Source of the DNA: Polyangiaceae bacterium | GTDB lineage: Bacteria; Myxococcota_A; Polyangia; Polyangiales; Polyangiaceae | DNA: 64,000 nt | Direction: 5' to 3' | NCBI GenBank assembly: GCA_033763455.1 | Contig: JANRKO010000035.1 | Span: 17,905-81,904 of the forward strand | Part shown: positions 9,819 to 18,532 of the stretch, piece by piece | Numbering within the stretch: position 1 is the first letter of the stretch | Layout of the letters: the number at the start of each line of letters is the position of its first letter | Position numbers and translations under genes: made by a program | Notes under the pieces: model-generated | Seen by the model: the letters and a program-made list of their open reading frames with translations, nothing else | Databases searched by the model: none | Told to the model about the DNA's origin: nothing

Positions 9819-10556
9819 ATGCGCATTGGCATCCTCAGCGACATCCACGCCAACTACGAGGCGCTGAGTGCCGTGCTAGAGGCGTTCAAGGGTGAACGCA
9901 TCGACAAATATTTCTGCCTCGGGGACACCGTAGGTTACGGAGGGTCACCTAACGAGTGCGCTGACATCGTTCGCGGTCTCGTGGAAGCCACTATCTTGGG
10001 CAACCACGATGCAGCTGTGGCAAGCCGTATGGACTACTCGTACTACTACGAGGCTGCACGGCACGCGCTCGATACGCACGCACGCATGATCTCAAAAGAG
10101 AACATGGAGTGGCTGAAAGGCCTCCCCTATCAGATCCGCCTGGACGCGATTAACGTGCTCCTGTGCCATGGGTCGCCCGTGCGGCTTGAGGAATTTGAGT
10201 ACATCTTTGCACCGGAACAGGCGCGCGAGTGTCTCCCCATTTACGAATCCTTGGGCCACATCACGCTCATAGGCCATTCGCATCTGTGCAAGGTTTTTGA
10301 ACTCAAGAACAACACCGTGGAAGAGCAGCCACCGATTGATTTTGTGCTGGAACCCGACAGCAAATACATAGTGAGTGTGGGCAGCGTGGGTCAGCCGAGA
10401 GATTACGATAACCGCGCGAGCTACACCGTGTACGATTCAGACGCTCGTCGCTTTGAATTCAAGCGTATCGAATACGACATTGAGACGGCGGCGGACAAAG
10501 TCCTGCGCGCCAAACTGGAGCGCACCTTCGCGCATCGGCTCTTTATCGGCGTTTAG
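9819..10556 (+). CDS. Metallophosphoesterase, calcineurin-like
   Basis: SDIHAN, LGDTVGYG, GNHD, HGSP, GHSH, GSVGQPRD motifs. Confidence 0.93.
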   Translation: MRIGILSDIHANYEALSAVLEAFKGERIDKYFCLGDTVGYGGSPNECADIVRGLVEATILGNHDAAVASRMDYSYYYEAARHALDTHARMISKENMEWLKGLPYQIRLDAINVLLCHGSPVRLEEFEYIFAPEQARECLPIYESLGHITLIGHSHLCKVFELKNNTVEEQPPIDFVLEPDSKYIVSVGSVGQPRDYDNRASYTVYDSDARRFEFKRIEYDIETAADKVLRAKLERTFAHRLFIGV

Positions 10557-10675
10557 GACCCGCCGGTGCATCCAGCGCGCACGGCACTTTGCCGGCGTTT
10601 AAGGCCCGCCGGAGCTTTCACCGCGGCTCCGTTCTTTATTGGCGTTTAGGCTTCGGCCGGAGCTTCCACTCGCAG
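10541..10675. repeat. Degenerate ~46-47 bp tandem triplication at a convergent gene junction
   Basis: Units start at 10541, 10587 and 10634, each CTTT..yGGCGTTTArG..c.GCCGG.GC.T.CA. Confidence 0.8.
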
Positions 10676-12211
10676 AGGCGCTATCGACCAGATGGTGCCC
10701 TCGGGCGAATCCTGCAGATCAATGCCCAAAAGGGCGAGCTCCTTCCGTAGTTCGTCCGCGCGCGCGAAGTCTTTGGCATCGCGCGCTTCGATGCGAGCGC
10801 GCACCTTTTCTTCAACGCTCTGTTCGGTGAGACCACGCAAAGCTATGCGTTTCTTTCGCGTTCGAGCGCGGTATGCTTCCGCGCTTGCCTGTAGGAGGCC
10901 AAGGCTTGACGTAGTCCGAATGAGGGCCCTTTTTAGATCGCGCGCCACAAAGCCAGCGTTCATAACAAACCCGGCATCTTTACGGCGTTTTTTGACCAAA
11001 TCCGCCAACTCGTTGCCGAGCTTGGCAAGCTCACCGATGGCTGCCAAGGCCACCGCGGTATTGAGATCGTCGTCCATGGCCGCGGCAAAACTTGCTTCGG
11101 TCTTGCTGGCCGCATTCTGGAAGTGGGTCAGATCGGTGGGCAGCTTCTGTGGCTCAACATCGGTGGCGAGGCCGTTGAGGCGGGTGAGCGTTTCGTAAAG
11201 ATAGTCCACACGCGCTTCGGCTTCTTCGATACCGGGAAACACCACGCGACCGTTGTCAAAACGATGAGTTTCGAACTGCATGGGGCCGCGATAGTGCACA
11301 GTAAGTAAGAACCAGCGGAACGCCTCAGGATCATTGCGCTCAAAAATGTCGCGCACTCGCACGAAATTCCCGAGAGATTTGCTCATTTTCTCTTTGTCGA
11401 TGTTCAAAAATCCATTGTGCAGCCACAACCGCGCCATCGGCCCGCAACCGGGGCACGCCGCCTCACTTTGGGCGATCTCGTTTTCATGATGGGGGAAAAT
11501 GAGATCCATTCCGCCCGTGTGAATGTCAAAGCCGTGACCCAAATATTCGGCGCTCATCGCAGAACACTCAATGTGCCAGCCGGGGCGCCCGTGGCCAAAC
11601 GGGCTCTCCCACCCCATTTGATCGAGCGGTGCACCTTTCCACAAAGCGAAGTCGAGTGGATCGTGCTTGTTCTCGTCCGCTGAAACCCGAGCACCCACAA
11701 GTAAATCTTCGATCTTCCGGCGGCTGAGCTTGCCGTAATCCTTGAAACCTCGCACCGAAAAATAGACGTCACGAGTGCCGTTAGGCATGTCCACAGTGTA
11801 GGCACTTCCCGACGCAATGAGCTTCTGAATCAGGCGAATAATCGCGGCAATATGCTCGCTCACCTTCGGCTCGTGATCGGGCACCAGGCAGCCGAGCGCT
11901 TGCATTTCTTCCTGGTAGATATCGGCCATGCGAGCAGAAAGCTGTAGCGGCGGCTCCCCTGTTTCGGCGGAGCGGTTGAGGATCTTGTCGTCTACGTCAG
12001 TCAAATTCCGAACGTAGGTAACCTGCAGACCCTTCTCCTTGAGCCAGCGCACCAAAATGTCTGGGGTGAGGGCCGCGCGCGCGTGCCCCGCGTGCGGGAA
12101 GTCGTAGGTAGTGGGGCCGCAGCAGTAGATGGTGGCCTTACCCGCTTCCCGAGGAGCGAACGTTTCGGTGGTACGGCTGAGCGTGCTGTAAAGCTTGGGC
12201 AGTTGGGTCAT
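10646..12211 (-). CDS. cysS: Cysteine--tRNA ligase
   Basis: CGPTTYD, HAGH (HIGH variant), DFALWK, GRPGWHIECSAM, FPHHENEIAQ, KMSKSLGN. ATG at 12211. Confidence 0.97.
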   Translation of the reverse strand: MTQLPKLYSTLSRTTETFAPREAGKATIYCCGPTTYDFPHAGHARAALTPDILVRWLKEKGLQVTYVRNLTDVDDKILNRSAETGEPPLQLSARMADIYQEEMQALGCLVPDHEPKVSEHIAAIIRLIQKLIASGSAYTVDMPNGTRDVYFSVRGFKDYGKLSRRKIEDLLVGARVSADENKHDPLDFALWKGAPLDQMGWESPFGHGRPGWHIECSAMSAEYLGHGFDIHTGGMDLIFPHHENEIAQSEAACPGCGPMARLWLHNGFLNIDKEKMSKSLGNFVRVRDIFERNDPEAFRWFLLTVHYRGPMQFETHRFDNGRVVFPGIEEAEARVDYLYETLTRLNGLATDVEPQKLPTDLTHFQNAASKTEASFAAAMDDDLNTAVALAAIGELAKLGNELADLVKKRRKDAGFVMNAGFVARDLKRALIRTTSSLGLLQASAEAYRARTRKKRIALRGLTEQSVEEKVRARIEARDAKDFARADELRKELALLGIDLQDSPEGTIWSIAPLRVEAPAEA

Positions 12212-12340
12212 GCGGGAACGGCGAAAAACGTATCTTGGGCACAGGCGCGGGTCGAGGTCCCGAAGTTGAGCGAGGTGCCCGGCGGCTCCAAGGTCACTCT
12301 GGCGAGGCCACAAAGTTCGGCCGAGCCGTGGCGTTCTGGG

Positions 12341-13090
12341 TCAGTTCCAGGGATCGTTCGGATCTCTGGGGCGAGGGAAATTCGACCCTAGGTCCCGCGG
12401 CGGAGGCCGCCTGGGAGGGGGTTTCCAGCCGTTCCAGCGCTCCGCCGAGGGGCGCTCACGAGCGCCCAAAAGCGGCCGCAGGAGCAACAGGCCGCCAACA
12501 AACCCCCCGATATGCGAGAAGAAAGCTACCCCTCCGTGCGAATTCGGCCCGAGCGATCCCAACCCCAAAAATAAATTCATCAAAAAGAATTCCCCCACCA
12601 CGATCCAGGCAGGGAACTCCAAGAACAGAAAGCCGAAGAATACCGTGATGGGTGCGCGCGGAAACAAGATCAAATAGCCCCCAAGCACACCAGCAATCGC
12701 ACCCGAGGCACCCACTATCGGCGCATGGCTGCTCGGATCTATAGCTATCTGTGCCGCGGCTGCTGCCAAGCCGCTCAACACGTAGAACGCGAGGTAGCGA
12801 GCATGCCCGAGCGAATCTTCGAGGTTGTCCCCAAAAATGTAGAGGAACAGGAGGTTGCCCCCGATGTGTTCCAGGCCTCCGTGCATGAACATGCTGGAAA
12901 AGATCGTGAGCACCTCGCCCGACGGATCGGCGAGCAGCCTGTGCGGCACGATCCCGTAGCTCGCGACCACCAGGTTGTCCGAACGCCCCTCCTTCATCTG
13001 CCACAGAAAGACGGCTATGTTCGCAAGCAGAAGGGCATAGTTCACCCACGGGCGCAGCGTAGTGGGATTCTGGTCGCGGATAGGGAGCAC
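12341..13090 (-). CDS. Rhomboid-family intramembrane serine protease
   Basis: SMFMHGG..HIGGN, GASGAIAG (catalytic Ser), HIGGF (catalytic His). Confidence 0.93.
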   Translation of the reverse strand: MLPIRDQNPTTLRPWVNYALLLANIAVFLWQMKEGRSDNLVVASYGIVPHRLLADPSGEVLTIFSSMFMHGGLEHIGGNLLFLYIFGDNLEDSLGHARYLAFYVLSGLAAAAAQIAIDPSSHAPIVGASGAIAGVLGGYLILFPRAPITVFFGFLFLEFPAWIVVGEFFLMNLFLGLGSLGPNSHGGVAFFSHIGGFVGGLLLLRPLLGARERPSAERWNGWKPPPRRPPPRDLGSNFPRPRDPNDPWN

Positions 13091-13238
13091 GTGGGGCCAA
13101 GCGTCAGCCTAACGAAAGCGGGGGCTCGGTCAAACCCGGGCGCATATCCGTCCCACCCCGCCGAGCCCCAAGGTTGGGGTGAACGGCTCGCGCCTTGCGC
13201 AGGGTGCCGGAGGATCTGCTAGGTTCGAGCCTTCTCGC

Positions 13239-13745
13239 ATGCGGCGATTGTTGGTTGGGTCACTTCTATTGCTCGTGAGCGGCGCGCCCGGCTGCGCCTC
13301 GACACCGTTCGATGGCAAGACGTACTCTAACGACGAGCTCGCGTTTCAAGTCGGAGCTTACCCTTCTACCTGGCGAGCCATTCAGGCTGAGGGCACGCTG
13401 CTCGCGTTTCGAGACGACACCCACCAGGCAACGGTTGCGTTGAACGGACGCTGCGGCAAAGACGGCGATGATGTGCCGCTAACAACGCTCACCGCGCACC
13501 TCTTCCTTCAGTTCACCGATCAGGATCCGTCGGAGCAGCGCGAAGTGAGCCTGGATGGGCGCAGCGCGCTTCGAAGCTCGCTCACTGCAACGCTCGACGG
13601 GGTGCCCAAGCGCTTTGTGGTCTACGTGCTGAAAAAAGACGAATGCGTATACGACTTCGTTTGGATTCAAAATCAATCGGCGCCGCAGGATTCACGAGAA
13701 TTTGACGCATTTGTGCGGGATTTTCGCGCCCTTTCCCGACCATGA
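13239..13745 (+). CDS. Hypothetical lipoprotein coupled to mlaE
   Basis: Signal peptide MRRLLVGSLLLLVSGAPGC. ATGA overlap with the next gene. Confidence 0.75.
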   Translation: MRRLLVGSLLLLVSGAPGCASTPFDGKTYSNDELAFQVGAYPSTWRAIQAEGTLLAFRDDTHQATVALNGRCGKDGDDVPLTTLTAHLFLQFTDQDPSEQREVSLDGRSALRSSLTATLDGVPKRFVVYVLKKDECVYDFVWIQNQSAPQDSREFDAFVRDFRALSRP

Positions 13746-14605
13746 CTCAGAGCTTGCCTCCCCCATCTGACGCGGACGCAAACAGGCCAGGCCGCGAAAG
13801 CCTGGCGCCAGCACCGCCGCCAAGTGCTTCGGCCCGCTTCGCCGAGCGTGCGCTCAGTTTTTTTGACCACTTGGGCACGGTATCGACGATGTTTGTAGGT
13901 GCCTGCCGCGCTGCCACGCGTTCGCCATTTGAGGGCAAAGCCATTCTCAAACAGCTGGATTCGCTCGGGGTAGCTTCCATGGGCATCGTGGTGGTCACCA
14001 GCCTTTTTATCGGCATGGTGATGGCGGTGCAATTTGCATTCGGGCTGCAGAAGTTCGGCGGCATGGAATACACCGGGCGGGTGATTGCCCTGAGTTTCAC
14101 CCGTGAGCTCGCCCCCACGCTCACAGCGGTGATAGTGGGTGGGCGTATTGGAGCGGGAATGGCGGCGGAAGTGGGATCTATGGCCGTCACCGAGCAGATA
14201 GATGCCGTACGCGCCCTGGGTGCGGATCCTCTGAAGAAGCTAGTTTGGCCACGCCTCATTGCAAGCATCTTGGTAATGCCCTTCCTGAGTGCCTTTGCCT
14301 TGGTGCTCGGCTTTGTGGGAGCCATGTTGATAACTGATATTCAGTTCCAGATCCCGGCGGGATTCTTCCTAAGGAGTGCACTTGGCACCGTAACCCTCAG
14401 GGATTTTCTGAGTGGCATGTTCAAAACGCCGTTTTTTGGGGCGATCATTGCGCTCGTGGGTTGCCACTTTGGAATGACCACCCGCGGTGGCACGGCAGGC
14501 GTTGGCAACAGCACCACGCGTACGGTTGTTGTGATCTCCATCAGCATCCTGATTGCAGACCTCTTCCTCACGCGCCTGTCCATCTTGCTCTGGCCTGCCG
14601 CGTGA
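13742..14605 (+). CDS. mlaE: MlaE/YrbE-family ABC transporter permease
   Basis: RELAPTLTA..GGRIGAGMAAEVGSM.VTEQIDA.RALG.DP...LV.PR and GVGNSTT.TVV. Confidence 0.93.
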   Translation: MTQSLPPPSDADANRPGRESLAPAPPPSASARFAERALSFFDHLGTVSTMFVGACRAATRSPFEGKAILKQLDSLGVASMGIVVVTSLFIGMVMAVQFAFGLQKFGGMEYTGRVIALSFTRELAPTLTAVIVGGRIGAGMAAEVGSMAVTEQIDAVRALGADPLKKLVWPRLIASILVMPFLSAFALVLGFVGAMLITDIQFQIPAGFFLRSALGTVTLRDFLSGMFKTPFFGAIIALVGCHFGMTTRGGTAGVGNSTTRTVVVISISILIADLFLTRLSILLWPAA

Positions 14606-14650
14606 GCTCTTCGGGCGCATAAACTAAGCGTTTTAGTTGGCCCCATCGCC

Positions 14651-14679
14651 TTGACCAAGGGGGGTTTGGTTTCTACCTT
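14651..14679 (+). promoter_or_regulatory. Putative sigma70 promoter of the MerR operon
   Basis: TTGACC-N17-TACCTT ending 10 nt before the GTG start. The near-palindrome TACCTTTACAGGGTA (14674-14688) overlaps the -10 and could be an operator. Confidence 0.45.
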
Positions 14680-14689
14680 TACAGGGTAA

Positions 14690-15223
14690 GTGTCTGACGC
14701 TCCGTCCAAGCCCAACGTGCCGCCCGATTCGGTGAGCCTCCGAGAGGATTGCCGATTAACAACGGGCGATATGGCGCGGCTTTCCGCCAGCACATTGCGC
14801 ACCGTACGCTTCTACGAGGAAGCTGGGATCCTGGAGCCGTTGGAGCGTACCCCGGGCGGGCACCGCCTGTTTGCTCACGAAGAGCTCGTGAAGCTCAAGT
14901 TCGCGGGAGATCTACGGCACGCGGGTCTTTCACTCGAAGAGGTTCGAAGTTTTTTCGCAACTAAAGCAGAACATAATACAGGCGCCGAGGCGGCCCTCGC
15001 GCTCAGCGAAAAAATAGACAAGCAGCTTGCATTGGTGGAGTCTCAAGTGCAGCTCCTTCAGCAGCTCGCTCTTGAGCTTTCGAGTGTAAAGTCGGCCCTC
15101 CGAGGGTGCGCTTCCTGCAAAGACACGGAACATTTCCCCGATCATTGCGGGGATTGCGCGGTCATGCGGGCACAGGAGCAGGTGCCGAAGGCACTCCAGG
15201 TGCTATGGGGAGTTCAGTCGTGA
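14690..15223 (+). CDS. MerR-family transcriptional regulator with C-terminal Cys cluster
   Basis: LTTGDMARL...LRTVRFYEEAGIL...RTPGGHRLF HTH. C-terminal CASC-x9-CGDC. Confidence 0.9.
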   Translation: MSDAPSKPNVPPDSVSLREDCRLTTGDMARLSASTLRTVRFYEEAGILEPLERTPGGHRLFAHEELVKLKFAGDLRHAGLSLEEVRSFFATKAEHNTGAEAALALSEKIDKQLALVESQVQLLQQLALELSSVKSALRGCASCKDTEHFPDHCGDCAVMRAQEQVPKALQVLWGVQS

Positions 15224-15242
15224 GGAAAGAAGCGGAGTTCTC

Positions 15243-15677
15243 GTGAGCGATAGGATTTTCTCGGTGGAAGAAGTGGATGCCCTGGTGGCGCCGATTTCGA
15301 GGCTGGTGGGTGCTCAACTGAGGTTGCGGAGCGAGATTGAAGGCGGTCTGGCGGAGCTAACGCGAGTCTCGGGTGAAGCGCCGCGCTATTTGAATGACGG
15401 GGACGGCGATACCGCGGAAGCCCGCTGCCTGAAGCAAAGGATCCGCGAGCAAGTGAAGCGGTACGATGCTGGTTGGCGTGCAGTAGAAGAAATGGGCGCC
15501 GCCGTGAAAGATCCCTCGATTGGGCTTTTGGATTTCTTGGGCCAGGTCGATGGCAAGTTGGTCTGGTTGTGCTGGAAATACGGGGAAGAAAGCGTGAGTC
15601 ACTTTCACTCTCTGGACGCCGGATATTCGGGCCGTCGCCCTCTCAACAGCGAAATTCGCGCCCGACTTTTGAATTAG
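15243..15677 (+). CDS. DUF2203-family protein
   Basis: FSVEEVDAL and VKDPSIGLLDF...VWLCWKYGE.SV.HFH.LDAGYSGRRPL. Confidence 0.85.
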   Translation: MSDRIFSVEEVDALVAPISRLVGAQLRLRSEIEGGLAELTRVSGEAPRYLNDGDGDTAEARCLKQRIREQVKRYDAGWRAVEEMGAAVKDPSIGLLDFLGQVDGKLVWLCWKYGEESVSHFHSLDAGYSGRRPLNSEIRARLLN

Positions 15678-15680
15678 CCG

Positions 15681-16268
15681 ATGGCTCGGGACGTGCGGCG
15701 CGCCGAACGCGCGGTCTTGGAGTTTCTCGAAGCACTTGGTTTTGATCCAAAAAACGACGCCGAGCTCCGCGATACGCCGGCCAGAGTTGCCGAAGCATTC
15801 TCCACGCAGTTACTCAACGGCTACGATGTGAACCTAGACGCGCTTTTTTCGGAAGGTGCTGTCAACGCCAGCACCTCTTCAGGTCAATGGGTGTTGCTTG
15901 CGGACCTCAACGTTGCCACAGTCTGCCCACATCATTTGCTACCGGCGCTCGGCACGGCCACTGTTGGCTATGTTGCGGGTGAGCGGCTTTTTGGCTTAGG
16001 TGCCCTGGCAGGGCTTGTCGATGCGCTGAGCCGGCGCCTGATATTGCAGGAAGCAATTGGGGAGGGTGTGGTCGAAGCATTGATGAAACACGCGGGTGCG
16101 CGGGCGGCGTATTGCGAGCTCACACTCACGCACAGCTGCTTGAACGCGCGGACGCCCGGGCGAGAACACTCGCGGGTAACCACCGTCGCCACCTCGGCCA
16201 ATCTCGCGCCAGAATTGCTTTCCACACTCACGCTCGCACTTGGGCGACAAAAGAGCGACCCTTCGTGA
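15681..16268 (+). CDS. folE: GTP cyclohydrolase I family protein, divergent
   Basis: LRDTPARVA, CPHHLLP, RRLILQE, HSC. The Zn-ligand pattern C/H/C is retained. Confidence 0.8.
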   Translation: MARDVRRAERAVLEFLEALGFDPKNDAELRDTPARVAEAFSTQLLNGYDVNLDALFSEGAVNASTSSGQWVLLADLNVATVCPHHLLPALGTATVGYVAGERLFGLGALAGLVDALSRRLILQEAIGEGVVEALMKHAGARAAYCELTLTHSCLNARTPGREHSRVTTVATSANLAPELLSTLTLALGRQKSDPS

Positions 16269-16948
16269 CTCTCGCGGTAGTGACAGGCCCAAGCCGTGGG
16301 ATTGGGCGAGCCACGGCTCACAGGCTCGCGACACGGGGGGTAAGCTTAGCCCTTTTGGGGCGGCCATCGGCCGCGTTGAGCCAAACCGAACGCGAGCTTT
16401 CCGAAAGCGGCACGAGCGTCTTCACCGTGGCGTGTGATCTCTCAAATCCAATGGAAATCAAGCGTGCCGCAGCCCAAGTCACCTCTCTTGGCGGCGTGCC
16501 CGACATCGTGATTCACAACGCCGCCGTGATCCATCGCGCGTCCGTTACGGAGCTAGCACTTGAGGCTTGGGACGAACAATTGAACGTGAACCTACGCGCG
16601 CCATTTTTGCTAACGCAAGCTTTCTTGCCAAGCATGTTGGCAAGAAAGACGGGGCGGCTGCTGTATGTCTCCAGCATCTCGGCCACTCTGGGCACTCCAC
16701 GAGCTTCGGCTTACAACGCCAGCAAATGGGGCCTCACCGGCTTTGTGAAAAGCCTAGCCGAAGAGCTCAGCGATACGGGGCTCATGGCGACCGCGATACT
16801 TCCGGGTTCGGTGCAAACAGATATGTTAACCGGAAGCGGCTTTCCCCCGCGCATGAGTGCCGAGGAAGTGGCCCGCACTCTCGAATATCATGCGCTCGAT
16901 GCCCCGCTCGCTCACAACGGCGGCATTATCGAGATGTTTGGGATCTGA
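16265..16948 (+). CDS. SDR-family oxidoreductase
   Basis: TGPSRGIG, HNAA, YNASKWG. GTGA overlap with the folE stop. Confidence 0.92.
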   Translation: MTLAVVTGPSRGIGRATAHRLATRGVSLALLGRPSAALSQTERELSESGTSVFTVACDLSNPMEIKRAAAQVTSLGGVPDIVIHNAAVIHRASVTELALEAWDEQLNVNLRAPFLLTQAFLPSMLARKTGRLLYVSSISATLGTPRASAYNASKWGLTGFVKSLAEELSDTGLMATAILPGSVQTDMLTGSGFPPRMSAEEVARTLEYHALDAPLAHNGGIIEMFGI

Positions 16949-16950
16949 GC

Positions 16951-17029
16951 GGGCCCGCCACACCCGCTTTTCTCTACCGTTGCTCCCTTCCGGGCCTGGC
17001 GGAGTTCAAGCTGCGCTGTTGACGGACCC
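16951..17029 (-). ncRNA. ffs: Signal recognition particle RNA (4.5S)
   Basis: The minus strand reads GGGTCCGTCA...CCGCCAGGCCCGGAAGGGAGCAACGG...TGGCGGGCCC. This is the SRP domain IV motif (CAGG..GGAA..AGCA) inside a closing stem. Confidence 0.92.
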
Positions 17030-17051
17030 ATAAATGGGCTCAGAGCCACGG

Positions 17052-17080
17052 GTGCTATCGCATCGGGTCAGGCTTGTAAA
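17052..17080 (-). promoter_or_regulatory. Putative sigma70 promoter for ffs
   Basis: Minus strand TTTACA-N17-TAGCAC just upstream of the SRP RNA. Confidence 0.45.
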
Positions 17081-17210
17081 GTGGCGATTGGGCTCGGAAC
17101 CAGGCTTACTCAACGCGCGTTGCTTGAGCCCCCGCGATGATGCATATCAGGCGCGCAAGGCGGACACTCTGAACCCGTGTCTATAACCGCTACTGGAGAA
17201 ACCAACTGTT

Positions 17211-18431
17211 ATGAAGAGAATTCAACTTGCTGCTAGCACCGTCGCTCTTTTCGTCGTGGGCTGCACGGGAAATGTCGTTGACGAAAACGTGGGTTCGCTC
17301 GAGCAGGGCATCCTTGCCCAGTGCGGCACGGGGTATGAGGTTGCACCGATAGAGGTGGCAGCAGCACAGCTGCCCGTGACCAGTGAGTTCCTGGCCACGA
17401 ACGGGAGAGCCATTGGGATGTACGATTACAGCTGCTCCGGCGTGCTCATCAGCCCAGATCTGTTTTTGACCGCAGGGCACTGCGTCCCCGAACCTGTCGG
17501 CCCCATTCCCGCGTCTTCCCAACGCACCGTGGTGTTCAACTACCAGGATGATCCGACGGGGATCCCAAGGCCAACCACTACCGTCCAAGCCCTCGAAGTT
17601 GTGGAAAAGACCAACGGGGATGCTCCTGCGTCGGGAAGCGGAGCGGACTACGCGCTCGTGCGCATCGCAAGCCCCGGAGCGCAGTTCGGATACGCTCCGA
17701 TCGGAACCACAGATGCGGCGCTCAATACGCCACTCGTCATGATTGGGCATCCTGAAGGGGCCTCCAAGCACGCTGCTACCGGCCAAAACGTCAGCTCCTT
17801 TGGTCCGTATTATTGGGACCTGACGATCGACGCCTCGTCGGGGAATTCTGGGTCGCCCATTTTTGCTCCTGACGGCAAGCTCTCAGCGCTCTTCTTCCGC
17901 CTGGGGTGCGAAGTGGGCGCCTACAACGGAGCCATCAAGGTCTCGCGACTTCTCGAAATCTCGCCCATCCTCCGTAATCTGGCTGCGAATCCGCTGCCCC
18001 CGCCCCCACCGCCCCCGCCGCCCGGAGAAGAAGACGATGGCGGTGGCGAAGGCCCTGAAGCCTTCGTCGTCCAAGGCGAGGGCTTTGTCGCTGGCTCCAG
18101 GGTGGCGCTCAACAGCAACGGTACCGCGGTTACGAGCAACGGCACCGGATCCTGGGCGAAATACACGAATGTCGATCTCGGCTCCGGCAACGGGAGCCTG
18201 CTGCTCAATATGTCGAGCACGCGCGCCGGCCGCGTATCCGTTCGCCTGAATAGCCCCACGGGCACGGTCATCGCCACTACGGAAATCGAAGTGAGTGGTA
18301 GCTTCAGCGTCTACGAAGATGTCCACACCAACTACAGCGCACCAGCAGGCGTTCACACCGTGTACGTCACATGGGAAGGTTCGACTCGTCGCGCAGGCGA
18401 CATCGAGTCTATGGAATTTACGTCGCTCTAA
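17211..18431 (+). CDS. Lipoprotein with trypsin-like serine protease and C-terminal CBM6-like domain
   Basis: Lipobox VVGC. Catalytic triad TAGHC / DYALV / GNSGSP. Poly-Pro linker, then WAKYTNVDLG...VRLNSPTGTVIA...GVHTVY (CBM6-like). SD GGAG. Confidence 0.88.
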   Translation: MKRIQLAASTVALFVVGCTGNVVDENVGSLEQGILAQCGTGYEVAPIEVAAAQLPVTSEFLATNGRAIGMYDYSCSGVLISPDLFLTAGHCVPEPVGPIPASSQRTVVFNYQDDPTGIPRPTTTVQALEVVEKTNGDAPASGSGADYALVRIASPGAQFGYAPIGTTDAALNTPLVMIGHPEGASKHAATGQNVSSFGPYYWDLTIDASSGNSGSPIFAPDGKLSALFFRLGCEVGAYNGAIKVSRLLEISPILRNLAANPLPPPPPPPPPGEEDDGGGEGPEAFVVQGEGFVAGSRVALNSNGTAVTSNGTGSWAKYTNVDLGSGNGSLLLNMSSTRAGRVSVRLNSPTGTVIATTEIEVSGSFSVYEDVHTNYSAPAGVHTVYVTWEGSTRRAGDIESMEFTSL

Positions 18432-18448
18432 GCTCTTCAGTGCCTCAA

Positions 18449-18482
18449 GCGGCGGTGCCCCACGAGCTCTGGGCACCGCCGT
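18449..18482 (+). terminator. Stem-loop after the protease gene
   Basis: GCGGCGGTGCCC-N10-GGGCACCGCCGT. Confidence 0.55.
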
Positions 18483-18532
18483 TCGTTGGCCGTATCCCAC
18501 CGCTGTCGTCCCTTTGGCATACTCGCGACGCG

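Noticed and set aside
9585..9848. N-terminal extensions from the ORF track (also on pyrD, cysS, SDR, histidine phosphatase, pirin and OMP)
   Set aside because: Downstream starts fit domain boundaries, SD motifs or stop-start overlaps better.
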